Assembly (NCBI GenBank): GCA_964403155.1
Contig: CAYOEG010000002.1
Location: 8,147 to 72,146, forward strand
DNA: 64,000 bases
Reading direction: 5' to 3'
From: an uncultured Candidatus Saccharibacteria bacterium
GTDB taxonomy: Bacteria > Patescibacteriota > Dojkabacteria > SC72
Shown here: in pieces, positions 1 through 9,534 of the stretch
How the letters are laid out: each line of letters starts with the position of its first letter
How positions within the stretch are numbered: the first letter of the stretch is position 1
Notes under the pieces: generated by a model
What the model was told of the DNA's origin: nothing
Database searches by the model: none
What the model saw: only the letters and a program-made list of their open reading frames with translations
Made by a program: the position numbers and the translations under genes

Positions 1-931
1 TTTCTTCCTCAGGTGAGAAGTCTCCAGTATCTTTACTTTCTACTCCTGCTTTGGCTAATTTTTCTTTAGCTTCTGCGACTGTTAAATATGGGAAATCTCC
101 TTCCGGTACTTTGATGTCTACATCAAATACTTCCTTTATCTTCTCTCCATATTTTGTTTTAACCTCAGCAAGCATTTTCTTAAGCATTTCTTGTTCGTAA
201 TGACATATATCCTTATACGAATCTATATATGCCATCTCTACATCGAAGCTTGTGTATTCTGTTAAGTGTCGTGTAGTAAATGATTTCTCTGCTCTAAATA
301 CAGGTCCCATGTTGAATACTCTTTCTAAGTCTGATGCCATTCCCATCTGTTTATGGAATTGTGGGGACTGTGCTAGGTATGCTTTTCTATCAAAATATTT
401 TACCTCAAATACACTTGCACCTGATTCACTTGCGGCACTGATTACTCTTGGGGCTTGTATTTCTACAAATCCGTTGTCTACACAATATTGTCTGAATGAT
501 GCTCCCATTGTTGTAGCTACATCCATCATTAGTTGGTTTCGCTTACTTCTTAGATCTATCCATCTGTAGTCTAATCTTTTGTCTAATGCACTTACGTTAT
601 CTACGTGTTCTCCTTCTATGGATATTGGAAGTGGTGTTTTAGATAGTGAGTCTATTTTTAGTGTTTTTATTCCTATTTCATATCCACATGCGACTTGTTT
701 TGCTTCTTTTACTTCTCCTGTTATGTCTACAATTGATTCAGCGGTTAGTGATTTTGCAGTTTTGAATACTTCTTCGTCTCCATACCATGCTACGGTTTGT
801 ACTATTCCACTTCTGTCTCTAACCATTATGAATATGATTTTTCCTTGATCTCTTATGGTATCTACTCTTCCTCTTATTCTTACTTCTTTTCCTATGTTTT
901 GGGAGAGTTCTCCAATATGTGTTCTTTCCAT
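1..931 (-). CDS. aspS: Aspartyl-tRNA synthetase, archaeal-type (copy 1; 3' end outside window)
   Basis: Manual translation of the minus strand from ATG 931 (absent from ORF track): MERTHIGELSQNIGKEVRIRGRVDTIRDQG...RLDYRWIDLR...YLAQSPQFHKQ...GPVFRAEKSFTTRHLTEY; QSPQxxKQ and motif 2 of AspRS. Confidence 0.93.
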   Translation of the reverse strand, partial: MERTHIGELSQNIGKEVRIRGRVDTIRDQGKIIFIMVRDRSGIVQTVAWYGDEEVFKTAKSLTAESIVDITGEVKEAKQVACGYEIGIKTLKIDSLSKTPLPISIEGEHVDNVSALDKRLDYRWIDLRSKRNQLMMDVATTMGASFRQYCVDNGFVEIQAPRVISAASESGASVFEVKYFDRKAYLAQSPQFHKQMGMASDLERVFNMGPVFRAEKSFTTRHLTEYTSFDVEMAYIDSYKDICHYEQEMLKKMLAEVKTKYGEKIKEVFDVDIKVPEGDFPYLTVAEAKEKLAKAGVESKDTGDFSPEEE

Positions 932-994
932 ATGTGTTATATAGATATTAATAATGGGAATTATAGCATAATTATATCGTGATATAATTAAATT

Positions 995-1447
995 ATGAAT
1001 GATTACAAATATACTCAACTAGCAATTGAAATGGCGAAGAAGTCTTTCGATGAGGGCGCTTTCCCTGCTGGTGCAGTAATTGTCAGAAATGATGAAGTTG
1101 TAGCTCAGAATACCTCTGCTAAATATCCACAAATCAACTTCCATGCAGAATCAAAAACTATTGATGAAGCAATTAACAAATTGAATTCACAGCTTACAGA
1201 TTGTACCTTATATTGTTCTATGCAACCTTGTTTAATGTGCCTTTCAAGAGCATATTGGGCTGGTATTAGAAGAATAGTATATGTAGTTGAGAAAGAAAAA
1301 GTAGATACTAAGCTCTGCTATGAGAGTCCATTAGATCATGAAAATATAGCCAGTAATTTCAATGAGAAGATCGAGATTATACATTTGCCAGACTTAGAAG
1401 ATGAAGCGATGGAAACATATAATAAGTGGGTGCAAGCAAATTCCTAA
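995..1447 (+). CDS. Zinc-dependent nucleoside/nucleobase deaminase (CDA fold, GuaD/TadA-like)
   Basis: PAGAVIV, HAE and PCLMC motifs; ...AYWAGIRRIVY resembles guanine-deaminase-type members. Confidence 0.85.
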   Translation: MNDYKYTQLAIEMAKKSFDEGAFPAGAVIVRNDEVVAQNTSAKYPQINFHAESKTIDEAINKLNSQLTDCTLYCSMQPCLMCLSRAYWAGIRRIVYVVEKEKVDTKLCYESPLDHENIASNFNEKIEIIHLPDLEDEAMETYNKWVQANS

Positions 1448-1448
1448 G

Positions 1449-2534
1449 CTATTTCTTCCCCAACTCCTCCCACAACTGCTTCTCTCTCCTGTCTAACTTC
1501 GTAGGGACATCCAAATTTACTCTCACATAATGATCACCCCTCTTACCATCACCATTAAGAATATATGCACCCTTACCCTTTATTCTAAAAATAGTACCTG
1601 ATTGAGTACCCCTAGGAATCTTTAACTTAACACTCCCTGCAACAGTCTCTACCTCAATGCTACCCCCTAACACAGCCATAGGAATATCAATACCAACCTC
1701 AGAATAGATATCATTACCTCTTCTCTCAAAAATATCTGAAGCCTCAACCTCAATCTCAACATACAAATCACCAGAAGGAGTACCATTCCTACCCGCATTA
1801 CCACCACCTCTAAATCTTAAAACCATACCATCATACGAACCCGCAGGAAACTTAACACTAACCTTCTCAGAATCACTCTTAACACCAGAACCACCACAAC
1901 TACCACAAGGGGACTTAATAGTCTTACCAGTACCATGACACTTAGAACAAACACCCATAACCGCCATCTGGCCTAAAATAGTATTTCGAACCTGCCTCTC
2001 CTGGCCAGTACCATGACACACAGGACACTCCTCAACCTTACCATCCTTACTACCAGTACCATCACACACATCACAAACTACATCCCTCTGGACATTAATC
2101 TTGTATTCACCACCCTCCATAGCCTCCATGAAATCTAGCTTCACTCTGTAACGAATATCACCCCCTCTCTCTTCTCTAGTTCTTTGATTACCACCAAATC
2201 CAAAATCAAACCCACTATTTCCTCCACCAAAGAAAGAATTAAAAATATCACCCATATCAAAAGGAGTACCACCACTAAAATCTGAATATCCACCACCACC
2301 AGGATTAAAACCAGCAGTACCTGCGAAACCATACTGATCATATGCAGACCTCTTAGTCTCATCCGAAAGCACTTCGTATGCTTCCTGTACCTCCTTGAAT
2401 TTATCCTCAGCACCATCATCCTTATTCACATCAGGATGATATTTCTTAACTAGCTTTCTGTAAGCCTTCTTAAGTTGATCTTGTGTAGCTTTTTTCTCTA
2501 CACCCAATACTTCATAGTAATCTCTTTTTTCCAT
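1449..2534 (-). CDS. dnaJ: Chaperone DnaJ
   Basis: J domain with HPD, G/F-rich region, four CxxCxGxG repeats. Confidence 0.97.
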   Translation of the reverse strand: MEKRDYYEVLGVEKKATQDQLKKAYRKLVKKYHPDVNKDDGAEDKFKEVQEAYEVLSDETKRSAYDQYGFAGTAGFNPGGGGYSDFSGGTPFDMGDIFNSFFGGGNSGFDFGFGGNQRTREERGGDIRYRVKLDFMEAMEGGEYKINVQRDVVCDVCDGTGSKDGKVEECPVCHGTGQERQVRNTILGQMAVMGVCSKCHGTGKTIKSPCGSCGGSGVKSDSEKVSVKFPAGSYDGMVLRFRGGGNAGRNGTPSGDLYVEIEVEASDIFERRGNDIYSEVGIDIPMAVLGGSIEVETVAGSVKLKIPRGTQSGTIFRIKGKGAYILNGDGKRGDHYVRVNLDVPTKLDRREKQLWEELGKK

Positions 2535-2545
2535 AGCTCATCATT

Positions 2546-2572
2546 TTAGCAAACGTCTTTTTAATTTGCTAG
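2546..2572. promoter_or_regulatory. CIRCE-like HrcA operator upstream of dnaJ
   Basis: TTAGCAAAC-N9-ATTTGCTAG in 9-9-9 geometry, 11 nt upstream of the dnaJ ATG, overlapping a TAAAAT -10. Confidence 0.7.
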
Positions 2573-2607
2573 TGAATACCACACAAATATTTGTTGAAGT
2601 TAACAAT

Positions 2608-2889
2608 CTACCCCTGCTTACTTCTTTTCTTAATTGTGTTTTTTACCCATTCCTCAGGATCTATACCCATCTTGTTACAAAATGCGAATATTAATGTAAG
2701 TAAATCTCCTACTTCTTCTGGGATTGGATCTGTGTCTCCAATACTTTTCTTGTATCCAGGATGCTCTGCTAAGAATCTTGCACTAATTTCTCCCAGCTCT
2801 TCTTGCATAGCAATAAGAAGAAGCTCTGGTGCAGTATCCCAACCATTATTCTTGTACATCTCCTTAACTTTCTGCTGTAATTCTTTCAT
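2608..2889 (-). CDS. MazG-like nucleotide pyrophosphohydrolase
   Basis: EELGEI...EEVGDLL acidic motifs of all-alpha NTP-PPases. Confidence 0.8.
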   Translation of the reverse strand: MKELQQKVKEMYKNNGWDTAPELLLIAMQEELGEISARFLAEHPGYKKSIGDTDPIPEEVGDLLTLIFAFCNKMGIDPEEWVKNTIKKRSKQG

Positions 2890-2959
2890 ATATTCTAAGA
2901 TTCATTTTAATACATACAGTATACCGCACAATTGTTAAGAAATCTGGTAATATATCACT

Positions 2960-3757
2960 ATGGAAAATCCCCAATGGAACATACAAACCGAAGACCAAAA
3001 CAAAATTAAAAAAACTAGGATATGGATATCTGCCATATTTGCAGGCATAGGGATAATCATTATAGCGAGCCAAGTAGTACCACTAGCTAAATCTTACATA
3101 GACGGATTAATAGAACAAACCAGAGCAAACTCCAAAGTAGAACCAGTACCCGAATCATACAAAACATATATAGAATCACAATTAGCCTACTATGATCCAG
3201 GCAAAAGCTACTTCGCTAATCTCACATCACAGCTAGGAGTATTAGGAGTTTCAACAGAATATTACGATGTAACCACACAAACAGAGAAAGCAATTATCAT
3301 AGACAAGGATTATGCAACAAACATGGCCATCAATATTCCAAGCATAGGAATATCAAACATCAACATAACCCCAAACGTAGATAGCTACAATGAAGAAACA
3401 TACAACAAATACCTCAAACTAGGATTAGCACATTTCAGAGGAACTCCCTTGCCAGGAGATGGAGGTAACTCCTTCATATATGGTCACAGTGCAGTAGAAA
3501 CCTTCTTCAGTACACACCAAAACCTACCAGAGACAATCTTCTCAAGATTGAGTAATATAGAGGTGGGAGAAGAAGTAGATATAACTAAGGATGAAAAAGT
3601 ACTAAAGTATATCGTAAGAAGTAAAAAGATTGTCTCCCCTGATGACTTTTCCATACTAGAATCTCAAAATGGGAAAGAAACCTTAACCATGATGACTTGT
3701 TGGCCACTTGGCATAGGAACTAAAAGATTAATAGTAATAGCTGAAAGAACAATTTAA
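2960..3757 (+). CDS. Sortase
   Basis: N-terminal TM; GTPLPGDGGNSFIYGHS, LTMMTCWP and KRLIV give the His/Cys/Arg triad. Confidence 0.9.
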   Translation: MENPQWNIQTEDQNKIKKTRIWISAIFAGIGIIIIASQVVPLAKSYIDGLIEQTRANSKVEPVPESYKTYIESQLAYYDPGKSYFANLTSQLGVLGVSTEYYDVTTQTEKAIIIDKDYATNMAINIPSIGISNINITPNVDSYNEETYNKYLKLGLAHFRGTPLPGDGGNSFIYGHSAVETFFSTHQNLPETIFSRLSNIEVGEEVDITKDEKVLKYIVRSKKIVSPDDFSILESQNGKETLTMMTCWPLGIGTKRLIVIAERTI

Positions 3758-3774
3758 AATATTAAAAAGAAGAT

Positions 3775-5112
3775 ATGACACTAGATCCGAAGAAGAAGAA
3801 ATTTGTATTAATTGGAAGTATTGCGTTGGGAATAATGGTTATACTTGCGGTAATACTTTTACTCGTTAAAACGAACTCTAACAAAAACGAGGAAGATGAG
3901 CTTGGTACCGCAGAGCTAGTATATTGGGGTCTGTGGGAACCATCATCTGTAATGCAACCACTCATAGATCAGTACGAATCAATGCATAATGGGATAACGA
4001 TTCTTTACTCTCAACAAACATATACTAACTACGAAAGCAGGTTGTATACAAGACTTCAGCAATCTACAACATCCTCAGAACCTGCACCTGATATCTTCAG
4101 AGTACACAGTACTTGGACTCCAAAATATTACAAATATCTCTACCCACTCCCAGCATCTACAATGTCCGCGAGTACGTATGCCAGCACTTTCTACCCTACT
4201 GCAGTTTCAGATTTTACAGCCAAAGATGGAAATATCTATGCAATGCCATTAGAAATCGATGGGTTAGTTGTGTATTACAACAAGCAAATTTTGGCAAAAG
4301 CTGGTGTTACAGAAGTCCCAACAGATTGGGATTCTTTCGTAGAATTAGCACAGAAGTTAACAATCAAAACATCTGCCGGGAAAATCACACAATCAGGATT
4401 AGCCATAGGGACCTCCTCAAATGTCACTAATTCTGCAGATATTCTCTCATTCCTAATGCTACAACAAGGAGTATCAATAATAGATGATGCTAGAACTACC
4501 GTTACTCTTAATACTACCAAGGTAAAAAGTGTTGTCGATACATACACAAGTTTTGCCGTCGGAGATGATGCCATATGGGATTCAAGTTTGGGATCTGATC
4601 TCAATATGTTCTACCAAGGAAAACTTGCAATGATGATAGCTCCAAGTTGGACAGCGTTTGATATCTTACAATCTGCTACTACAATTGAATTCGGGATGGC
4701 TAAATTACCACAATTAGGTGCAAATGAAGATGCCGTCTACTACTCTACCTACTGGGGAGAAGCTGTAAGCAAAAATTGTAGTAATCCTAAAGCTGCATGG
4801 GATTTCATAAACTTTTTAGCACAGAAAGAACAACAGAAAACGCTATTCTCTAATGCTGCAAAGATACGAGCATTCGGAGAGCCATATTCATTAGTTGAGC
4901 TTAACAGTACGCTTGGGGAGAATACATACCTCACCGCAATTGCAGAATCTGCACCTCAGATGAAATCTTGGCCAATGGGAGATGAATCATTTGTAAAAGC
5001 AACATTAAACGAAATGATTACGAGTATTGTAGAAGATGGAACTAACACACAAGTTGCATTAAAAGCAGCAGAAGAAGAAATCAATACACAACTTGCAGAA
5101 ACTAATAAATAA
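3775..5112 (+). CDS. Membrane-anchored extracellular solute-binding protein (sugar-binding family)
   Basis: N-terminal TM, PDIF, YAMP..DGLVVYYNK, PTDWD, FYQGKLAM, AAWDFINFL motifs. Confidence 0.85.
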   Translation: MTLDPKKKKFVLIGSIALGIMVILAVILLLVKTNSNKNEEDELGTAELVYWGLWEPSSVMQPLIDQYESMHNGITILYSQQTYTNYESRLYTRLQQSTTSSEPAPDIFRVHSTWTPKYYKYLYPLPASTMSASTYASTFYPTAVSDFTAKDGNIYAMPLEIDGLVVYYNKQILAKAGVTEVPTDWDSFVELAQKLTIKTSAGKITQSGLAIGTSSNVTNSADILSFLMLQQGVSIIDDARTTVTLNTTKVKSVVDTYTSFAVGDDAIWDSSLGSDLNMFYQGKLAMMIAPSWTAFDILQSATTIEFGMAKLPQLGANEDAVYYSTYWGEAVSKNCSNPKAAWDFINFLAQKEQQKTLFSNAAKIRAFGEPYSLVELNSTLGENTYLTAIAESAPQMKSWPMGDESFVKATLNEMITSIVEDGTNTQVALKAAEEEINTQLAETNK

Positions 5113-5129
5113 TCGCTATTATATACTTA

Positions 5130-7271
5130 ATGAAATTTCGAAATGCCCCAAGAAAATCCAAAAAGTTTTTAACCATATATCTGACTTTTTTCCTTCTGTT
5201 ATCAATCCCACTTGTAACGTGGGGAGTTGTTACAGGATCCTTTGATTTAAGAAATTTCGCCTTCGATGATCTTGTCGTTAGTGATGAGAATCCCTGTATA
5301 ATTTCACTCCCAAATGTTAATCCATACACCCTTGAGGTTGGTAAAAGTATAACGGTACAGGTAGATGCAGAAATTAAGGATTCGGGCATTGCAGAATTAA
5401 GAATAGTAGATTCAAAGGGGAATGCAATTCATACAGAAACATTTGATGATGCACCAATAACTCTAGCAACTAGTTTCAAATTCACACCTATGTCCTCAGG
5501 AATAGTTGATATGTTGGGAATGATAAAAAAGGTTGGAGGTGGAAGTGTCGCTTGTAAAATTAGTAGCGCATATGATGTATTAGGATTAAAAGCTTTAGCA
5601 AATAATAGTGCACCAGAATTTACAACCGTACCTGCTGGCTCCAAACCATCACAGGATATTACAACAGAAACTACATACGAATATACACTTGAGGCTAAGG
5701 ATGTTGATGGGGATCGTATAAACTACTCATATTCTTTTACAAAAGGTAATGCTTGGCTCAAGCCAACAGTTATTGAAGATGGATCAAATGGGAGTCTAAC
5801 CATAAAGTTCCAAGGTTCAACAGATGTGGCAGGAAGCTATCTCGCCAACGTATTCATCCACGATGGATACAGTAAGCATCTTGATGGGCAAGCATGGGTT
5901 ATAAGTGTAAGCCCAAGTCAAAACGATGTTCCACTAGTCAGGATTATTACACCATACTCTGCAACCTCGGTTAATCAGGGTTCCCCTATAAGCATCTCAT
6001 GGGAAGCATCTGATTTAAATCTAATTACAAAATATTCCATCTCTTTAGCAGAGAATCCCGCAGATGAAGATAGTTGGATACCTGTAAACACAAGTATTTC
6101 TGCACAAACAAATTCATATTTAATAAATACTTCAAATATCCCAAGCGGAGTATATAAGATTGTCGTAAGAGCTACAGATAATCAGACACCTGCATTAACA
6201 GGGACTACCGTATCCGCTCCCATCACAATCATCGGATCATCGAACCCCAATGAAGAAGATGATGTAGCCATAATTGCAGATCCACAAGTCACCAACATGA
6301 CCCCTACTACATCAGATACCATCTTTAACAAGCAGGTAACTATAAAAGCAACTTTAATTGCTGGAACAAATGCCAAAATAAAGGATGATACTGTTGCTAT
6401 CAAGTTAGACGATAAGAACATTACTGAAGAGGTTAGTATTAACAAGATATCTGATACAGAGCATACGATAATATATCAGACAGAAGAGGATCTCACAGTT
6501 GGGTTACATAAGGTCGAGGCTACTTTTGAAGATACAAATGGAAATACTGTAGAAAAGGATTGGACATTTACTATTCTCGAGGATGAGACACAAGTTGCAG
6601 AGGGCTATGTAAAGCTTTTTGGATACCAGGTAAGTCAAAGGACATTGATAATAATCGGGATTGGTATTTTAGTGGTAATAATCGCCATAGTAGCCCCAAT
6701 AATTATTTTCTCAGTATGGAAAGAGGAGCAGAAAAAGAAAGATTCTGAACCTGAAGATAAAGGATATCTCCCAAATATTCCTTCAGAACCAGTACCTACA
6801 GCAGATGTAAGTATTAATGATGTTAGAAATCTTGTGCAAACAGAACCTGAGGTAAAAGAAGAAGAAAAGAAACAAGATGTATGGGATAACTATGCAGCAC
6901 CAACTCCAATAAAAACACCTAAAGAAACAATTGTCATACCCGAACCTGAAGTAGAGATTCCAGCACCCATTGTAGAACCAGAACCAAAGGTAGAGGAAGT
7001 CATTCTAGAATCTGTGCAAACAACTACTCCTACTCCAGTAATCGAGCCAGAAGTAGTTCAACCAACAGTACCTGAGGTTGTGGAGGAGAAGACTCCTGAA
7101 CCAGAGCCAATAGTTACAGAAGTTCCACAACCAACAACGGAAGAAGCTCCTATGCCTACCCCACCTGAGCCAGATCTCTCACAAGACTTGGATCAAACAG
7201 ATGAATTAATGGCAATATATGAACAGATCCAACAGTCAAATCAAGAGGAAACTCCAAAGAATAGCCAATAG
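5130..7271 (+). CDS. Large surface protein with Ig/cadherin-like domains, second TM and Pro/Glu-rich tail
   Basis: NSAPEF...YEYTLEAKDVDGD cadherin-like motif; beta-rich repeats; TM near aa 506-530; EPE/PEP low-complexity C-terminus. Confidence 0.7.
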   Translation: MKFRNAPRKSKKFLTIYLTFFLLLSIPLVTWGVVTGSFDLRNFAFDDLVVSDENPCIISLPNVNPYTLEVGKSITVQVDAEIKDSGIAELRIVDSKGNAIHTETFDDAPITLATSFKFTPMSSGIVDMLGMIKKVGGGSVACKISSAYDVLGLKALANNSAPEFTTVPAGSKPSQDITTETTYEYTLEAKDVDGDRINYSYSFTKGNAWLKPTVIEDGSNGSLTIKFQGSTDVAGSYLANVFIHDGYSKHLDGQAWVISVSPSQNDVPLVRIITPYSATSVNQGSPISISWEASDLNLITKYSISLAENPADEDSWIPVNTSISAQTNSYLINTSNIPSGVYKIVVRATDNQTPALTGTTVSAPITIIGSSNPNEEDDVAIIADPQVTNMTPTTSDTIFNKQVTIKATLIAGTNAKIKDDTVAIKLDDKNITEEVSINKISDTEHTIIYQTEEDLTVGLHKVEATFEDTNGNTVEKDWTFTILEDETQVAEGYVKLFGYQVSQRTLIIIGIGILVVIIAIVAPIIIFSVWKEEQKKKDSEPEDKGYLPNIPSEPVPTADVSINDVRNLVQTEPEVKEEEKKQDVWDNYAAPTPIKTPKETIVIPEPEVEIPAPIVEPEPKVEEVILESVQTTTPTPVIEPEVVQPTVPEVVEEKTPEPEPIVTEVPQPTTEEAPMPTPPEPDLSQDLDQTDELMAIYEQIQQSNQEETPKNSQ

Positions 7272-7297
7272 CATACAGAATTGATATAATCTGGACT

Positions 7298-9097
7298 ATG
7301 AAAAACCTTACATACAAAGAGATTAGAGATCGATATATAGAATTTTTCAAAAAGAACGGACATACAGAAATCCCAAGTGCTCCACTCGTACCAGAAAACG
7401 ATCCATCGGTACTCTTTGTTAATGCAGGTATGTTCCCATTGGTGCCCTTTTTGCAAGGAGAGAAACATCCTAATGGAACAAGATTGGTCGATTCACAAAG
7501 ATGTGTAAGAACAGGAGATATAGAAGAAGTAGGAGACACATACCATTACACAACTTTTGAAATGCTTGGGAACTGGTCACTCAATGACTACTTCAAGAAA
7601 GATGCAATATCTATGACTCTAAAGTTTTTTATTGAAAAGTTAGGATTTGATATTAATAAAGTATATGCAACTGTTTTTAAAGGAGATGATACTGCTCCAA
7701 AGGATACTGAATCTATCGAGGTTTGGACGAATCTTTTCAAAGAGTATGGCATTGATGCAAGGGCAGAAAACAAAATAATAGAGAATGGAAAGGAAGACAA
7801 CTGGTGGGAACTAGCTACTGGTGGTCCATGTGGTCCAGATTCTGAAATATTCTATGAAATAGGTGGGAAACTTGTAGAGGTTGGTAATAATGTCTTTATG
7901 GAATATCTCAAGGTGGGCAATGAATACAAGCCATTGGGAAGGCATAATGTAGACTTTGGCGGAGGATTGGATAGATTAGCTTCAATATGCCAAGGGGTTA
8001 ATGGTGCATATGAGACAGATATTTACAGACCCGTATTTGATGCGGTAAAGAAGCTATCCAAGAATGATATTCTAGAATCCCAAAGAGTCATAACTGACCA
8101 TATTAAGGCTGCTACGTGGATAATTATGGATGGTGTAGAACCAAGTAAGACAGAACAAGGTTATATCCTTAGACGTTTAATTAGAAGAGCAGTAAGACAT
8201 GGTAAAAAGCTTGGCATTGATGGATTATTTACTAGAAAGATTGGAGAGATAGCTATTAATCAATTCTCCCCTATATGGAACAAATTAGAGACAGACAGAG
8301 AAAGAATTTTAAATACATTGGAAGAGGAAGAGAAGAAATTTAGTAAAACATTAGACAATGGTTTAAAAATGTTTAAACAGTATTATCCTGATACAACAGA
8401 AAATGGGATGATAAAAACCACAAAAATTAATACCGAGATGAGTTTTGGTGAAGCGGCTTTTTATTTTTACGAAACATATGGTTTTCCATTAGAGTTATTC
8501 ATTGAAGAACTGACCCCTTGGTTGAGAAAACAGAATCTTTCTACACATGAAGAAGAAATTCGTATTCAATTCGAAGAAGAGCAGAAAAAGCATCAAGAAC
8601 TTTCGAGAACGTCATCTGCAGGACTCTTTAAAGGAGGCCTCGCAGACACATCAGAAATATCTACAAAATATCACACTACAACCCACCTACTCCTTGCAAC
8701 ACTAAGAAAAATACTCGGAGACCAGGTATATCAAAAAGGAAGTAATATTACTCCTGAAAGATTAAGATTTGACTATCCAGCAGATACAAAACTAACACCA
8801 GAACAAGTAAAACAAATAGAAGAAATGATAAATGAACAAATACAAAAAGGATTACCAGTAACATACGAAGAATTCCCCAAAGAAGAAGCATTAAAACTAG
8901 TACCATATGCAGCATTCTCTGAAAAATATGGCGATATCGTAAAAGTATATACCATAGGAGATAAATCAAACCCCTACTCCATAGAAATCTGCAATGGGCC
9001 ACACGTACAAAACACATCAGAACTAGGCAAATTCAGAATAGCTAAACAAGAAAATGTGGCAGCAGGTGTAAAAAGAATTAAAGCTGTATTAGAATAG
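7298..9097 (+). CDS. alaS: Alanyl-tRNA synthetase, short form lacking C-Ala
   Basis: LFVNAGM, TFEMLGNWS, GPCGP, DFGGGLDR, GYILRRLIRRA; editing HTTTH and CNGPH motifs; 599 aa. Confidence 0.96.
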   Translation: MKNLTYKEIRDRYIEFFKKNGHTEIPSAPLVPENDPSVLFVNAGMFPLVPFLQGEKHPNGTRLVDSQRCVRTGDIEEVGDTYHYTTFEMLGNWSLNDYFKKDAISMTLKFFIEKLGFDINKVYATVFKGDDTAPKDTESIEVWTNLFKEYGIDARAENKIIENGKEDNWWELATGGPCGPDSEIFYEIGGKLVEVGNNVFMEYLKVGNEYKPLGRHNVDFGGGLDRLASICQGVNGAYETDIYRPVFDAVKKLSKNDILESQRVITDHIKAATWIIMDGVEPSKTEQGYILRRLIRRAVRHGKKLGIDGLFTRKIGEIAINQFSPIWNKLETDRERILNTLEEEEKKFSKTLDNGLKMFKQYYPDTTENGMIKTTKINTEMSFGEAAFYFYETYGFPLELFIEELTPWLRKQNLSTHEEEIRIQFEEEQKKHQELSRTSSAGLFKGGLADTSEISTKYHTTTHLLLATLRKILGDQVYQKGSNITPERLRFDYPADTKLTPEQVKQIEEMINEQIQKGLPVTYEEFPKEEALKLVPYAAFSEKYGDIVKVYTIGDKSNPYSIEICNGPHVQNTSELGKFRIAKQENVAAGVKRIKAVLE

Positions 9098-9100
9098 ATC

Positions 9101-9532
9101 ATGGTAAAGTACCCAATATTAGCAATAGATTACGGTAAAAAGCACTTTGGATTAGCAATATCAGATTCAAAAGGAATCATTGCATCACCATTAGAAGTAC
9201 TCTCCATAACCGAACACCAAGGAAAAGATGAAATCATTCAAAATATAGTTGCCATATGTGAAGAATACAAAATCCAAACAATACTACTTGGATATCCCCA
9301 AGCATTTGTAGATAATCACAAAACCACTCAGAAAAATATTTCAAGATTCGAATACAAACTCAAAGAAAAGCTTACCCTACCTATCATTCTCTACGACGAG
9401 AGCTTTTCTACAACTTCTGCAGAAAATATGCTAATATCTTCTGGACAAAATACGAAGGGGTTTAGGACTAAAATAGACAAAGTGTCGGCAGCAGTATTTT
9501 TGCAAGAATTTTTAAATTCAAACAACAAGTAA
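9101..9532 (+). CDS. yqgF: YqgF/RuvX pre-16S rRNA nuclease
   Basis: LAIDYGKKHFGLAISD, DESFST, IDKVSAAVFLQ; classic alaS-yqgF-mltG order. Confidence 0.92.
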   Translation: MVKYPILAIDYGKKHFGLAISDSKGIIASPLEVLSITEHQGKDEIIQNIVAICEEYKIQTILLGYPQAFVDNHKTTQKNISRFEYKLKEKLTLPIILYDESFSTTSAENMLISSGQNTKGFRTKIDKVSAAVFLQEFLNSNNK

Positions 9533-9534
9533 AA

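Noticed and set aside
252-982. Three + strand ORFs in the ORF track
   Set aside because: Antisense shadows of the minus-strand aspS (1-931). The same applies to the many short antisense ORFs over dnaK, groEL, rpoBC, murJ and others.
6900-7200. Repetitive GAACC/CCAGA motifs (also in 30100-30650)
   Set aside because: They reflect Pro/Glu/Thr-rich protein tails; no regular repeat-spacer periodicity, so not CRISPR or a tandem array.
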